Assembly: GCA_964234715.1 (NCBI GenBank)
Contig: OZ174280.1
Direction: 5' to 3' (one strand)
DNA length: 64,000 nt
Origin: Podarcis melisellensis
Lineage: Eukaryota
A program made the translations under genes and the position numbers. Below the pieces are notes generated by a model. The model was not told where the DNA came from. It did no database searches and was given only the letters and a program-made list of their open reading frames with translations. Shown here in pieces: positions 63,101-64,000 of the stretch (its first letter is position 1; the number at the start of each line of letters is the position of its first letter).

Positions 63101-64000
63101 AAATGCTGCAGGATCAACAAACTGCTATGCTTTATGTATGACAGGTTGGGAAGCAATTCACTTCCCATCTAAGTAAGTCAGGTGAAATATATAAAGGAAA
63201 GAGTACACAGAATGGTGCGCATATTGGAGAAGGTATCTAATTTATTTATTTTATTTTAATCACAATGCTTCCTTCAAGGTGGAATTCAAGCCAGCAGACA
63301 TGCACTCCTCCCTAGGCAAACCTCAGGTAGCCTCCCATTCAGATACTGACCAGAGCTCAACCTGGTCAGCACTGTGGAAGCATCATGTGCTCTCATACTA
63401 TGTCTGTTATCCACAGTATGCACTCAACATGTAGAGAGACATGGTTTCATGTATATTTTTCTATGGGTATCACGTAATTAAAAAAGCAAGACACAACCAT
63501 CCTTGTTACAAAAAGTCTAACACCATCAGACATTTCCTTGCGTTGAATATACCTAATGGCTTATCTTCTGCCTTTAGGACATGACCATGTTTTAAAGCCT
63601 GGTATCATGTTCAATGTGTGTGACGGAGAGAAACTGAGGCACCTCTGTGTTGGCAATGTCTCCTCCATCATTGCTCTGCATTATGTTTCTCAAGCATACG
63701 CCACAGATGGGCCTGCGTATGCACACATATTATGGTCCCCCTGAAAGAACAGCACCCTAAGCTTTCAAACGAATTTTGCCACTCGATCAGAAAAAAACAC
63801 ACACACCACATTTCCTTGCCCATGAACACCTAGGTTCATACGCAGTGTGTAGCTGAGAACAAGACACAACCAGTAGGAAAGAATGAACATCCCATGTTCT
63901 CATAGAATAATCTAGGTAATGAGCAGAAACTAAATATGAGACATACTAGTCTCTTTTTCATATCAGTCTCAAGATTCTGCCTGGCCCAACCTAACACGAG

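Noticed and set aside
1-64000. CRISPR arrays, rRNA, operons or prokaryotic defence systems
   Set aside because: The sequence is vertebrate repeat-rich DNA, and I saw no repeat-spacer arrays or such genes.

Overview
This is AT-rich vertebrate genomic DNA with no protein-coding host gene that I can recognise. It reads as a large intron or gene desert. The repeat content (Sauria SINE, BovB/RTE, L2, CR1, tRNA-derived SINEs, many hAT/Tc1-mariner MITEs) points to a squamate reptile, probably a lacertid lizard; this is inference from repeat families. The outstanding feature is a young Penelope-like retroelement at about 20.68-22.86 kb, built as a 929-bp/929-bp inverted repeat around a 225-bp spacer. 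It encodes the RT-thumb/linker plus a GIY-YIG endonuclease and a ~186-aa low-complexity tail. Each arm ends in a minimal hammerhead-ribozyme motif whose core also encodes the last residues of the ORF. The insert sits in (AT)n and is bracketed by an identical 41-bp direct repeat that looks element-derived. Other notable items are a highly structured LTR/DIRS-like unit (9.83-10.53 kb) inserted in an ancient LINE, a triple nest of MITE > 49-bp hAT > solo LTR (55.6-56.6 kb), several other nested MITEs, and a few unverified candidate exons and enhancers. Almost all ORFs in the supplied track are spurious or transposon-derived.
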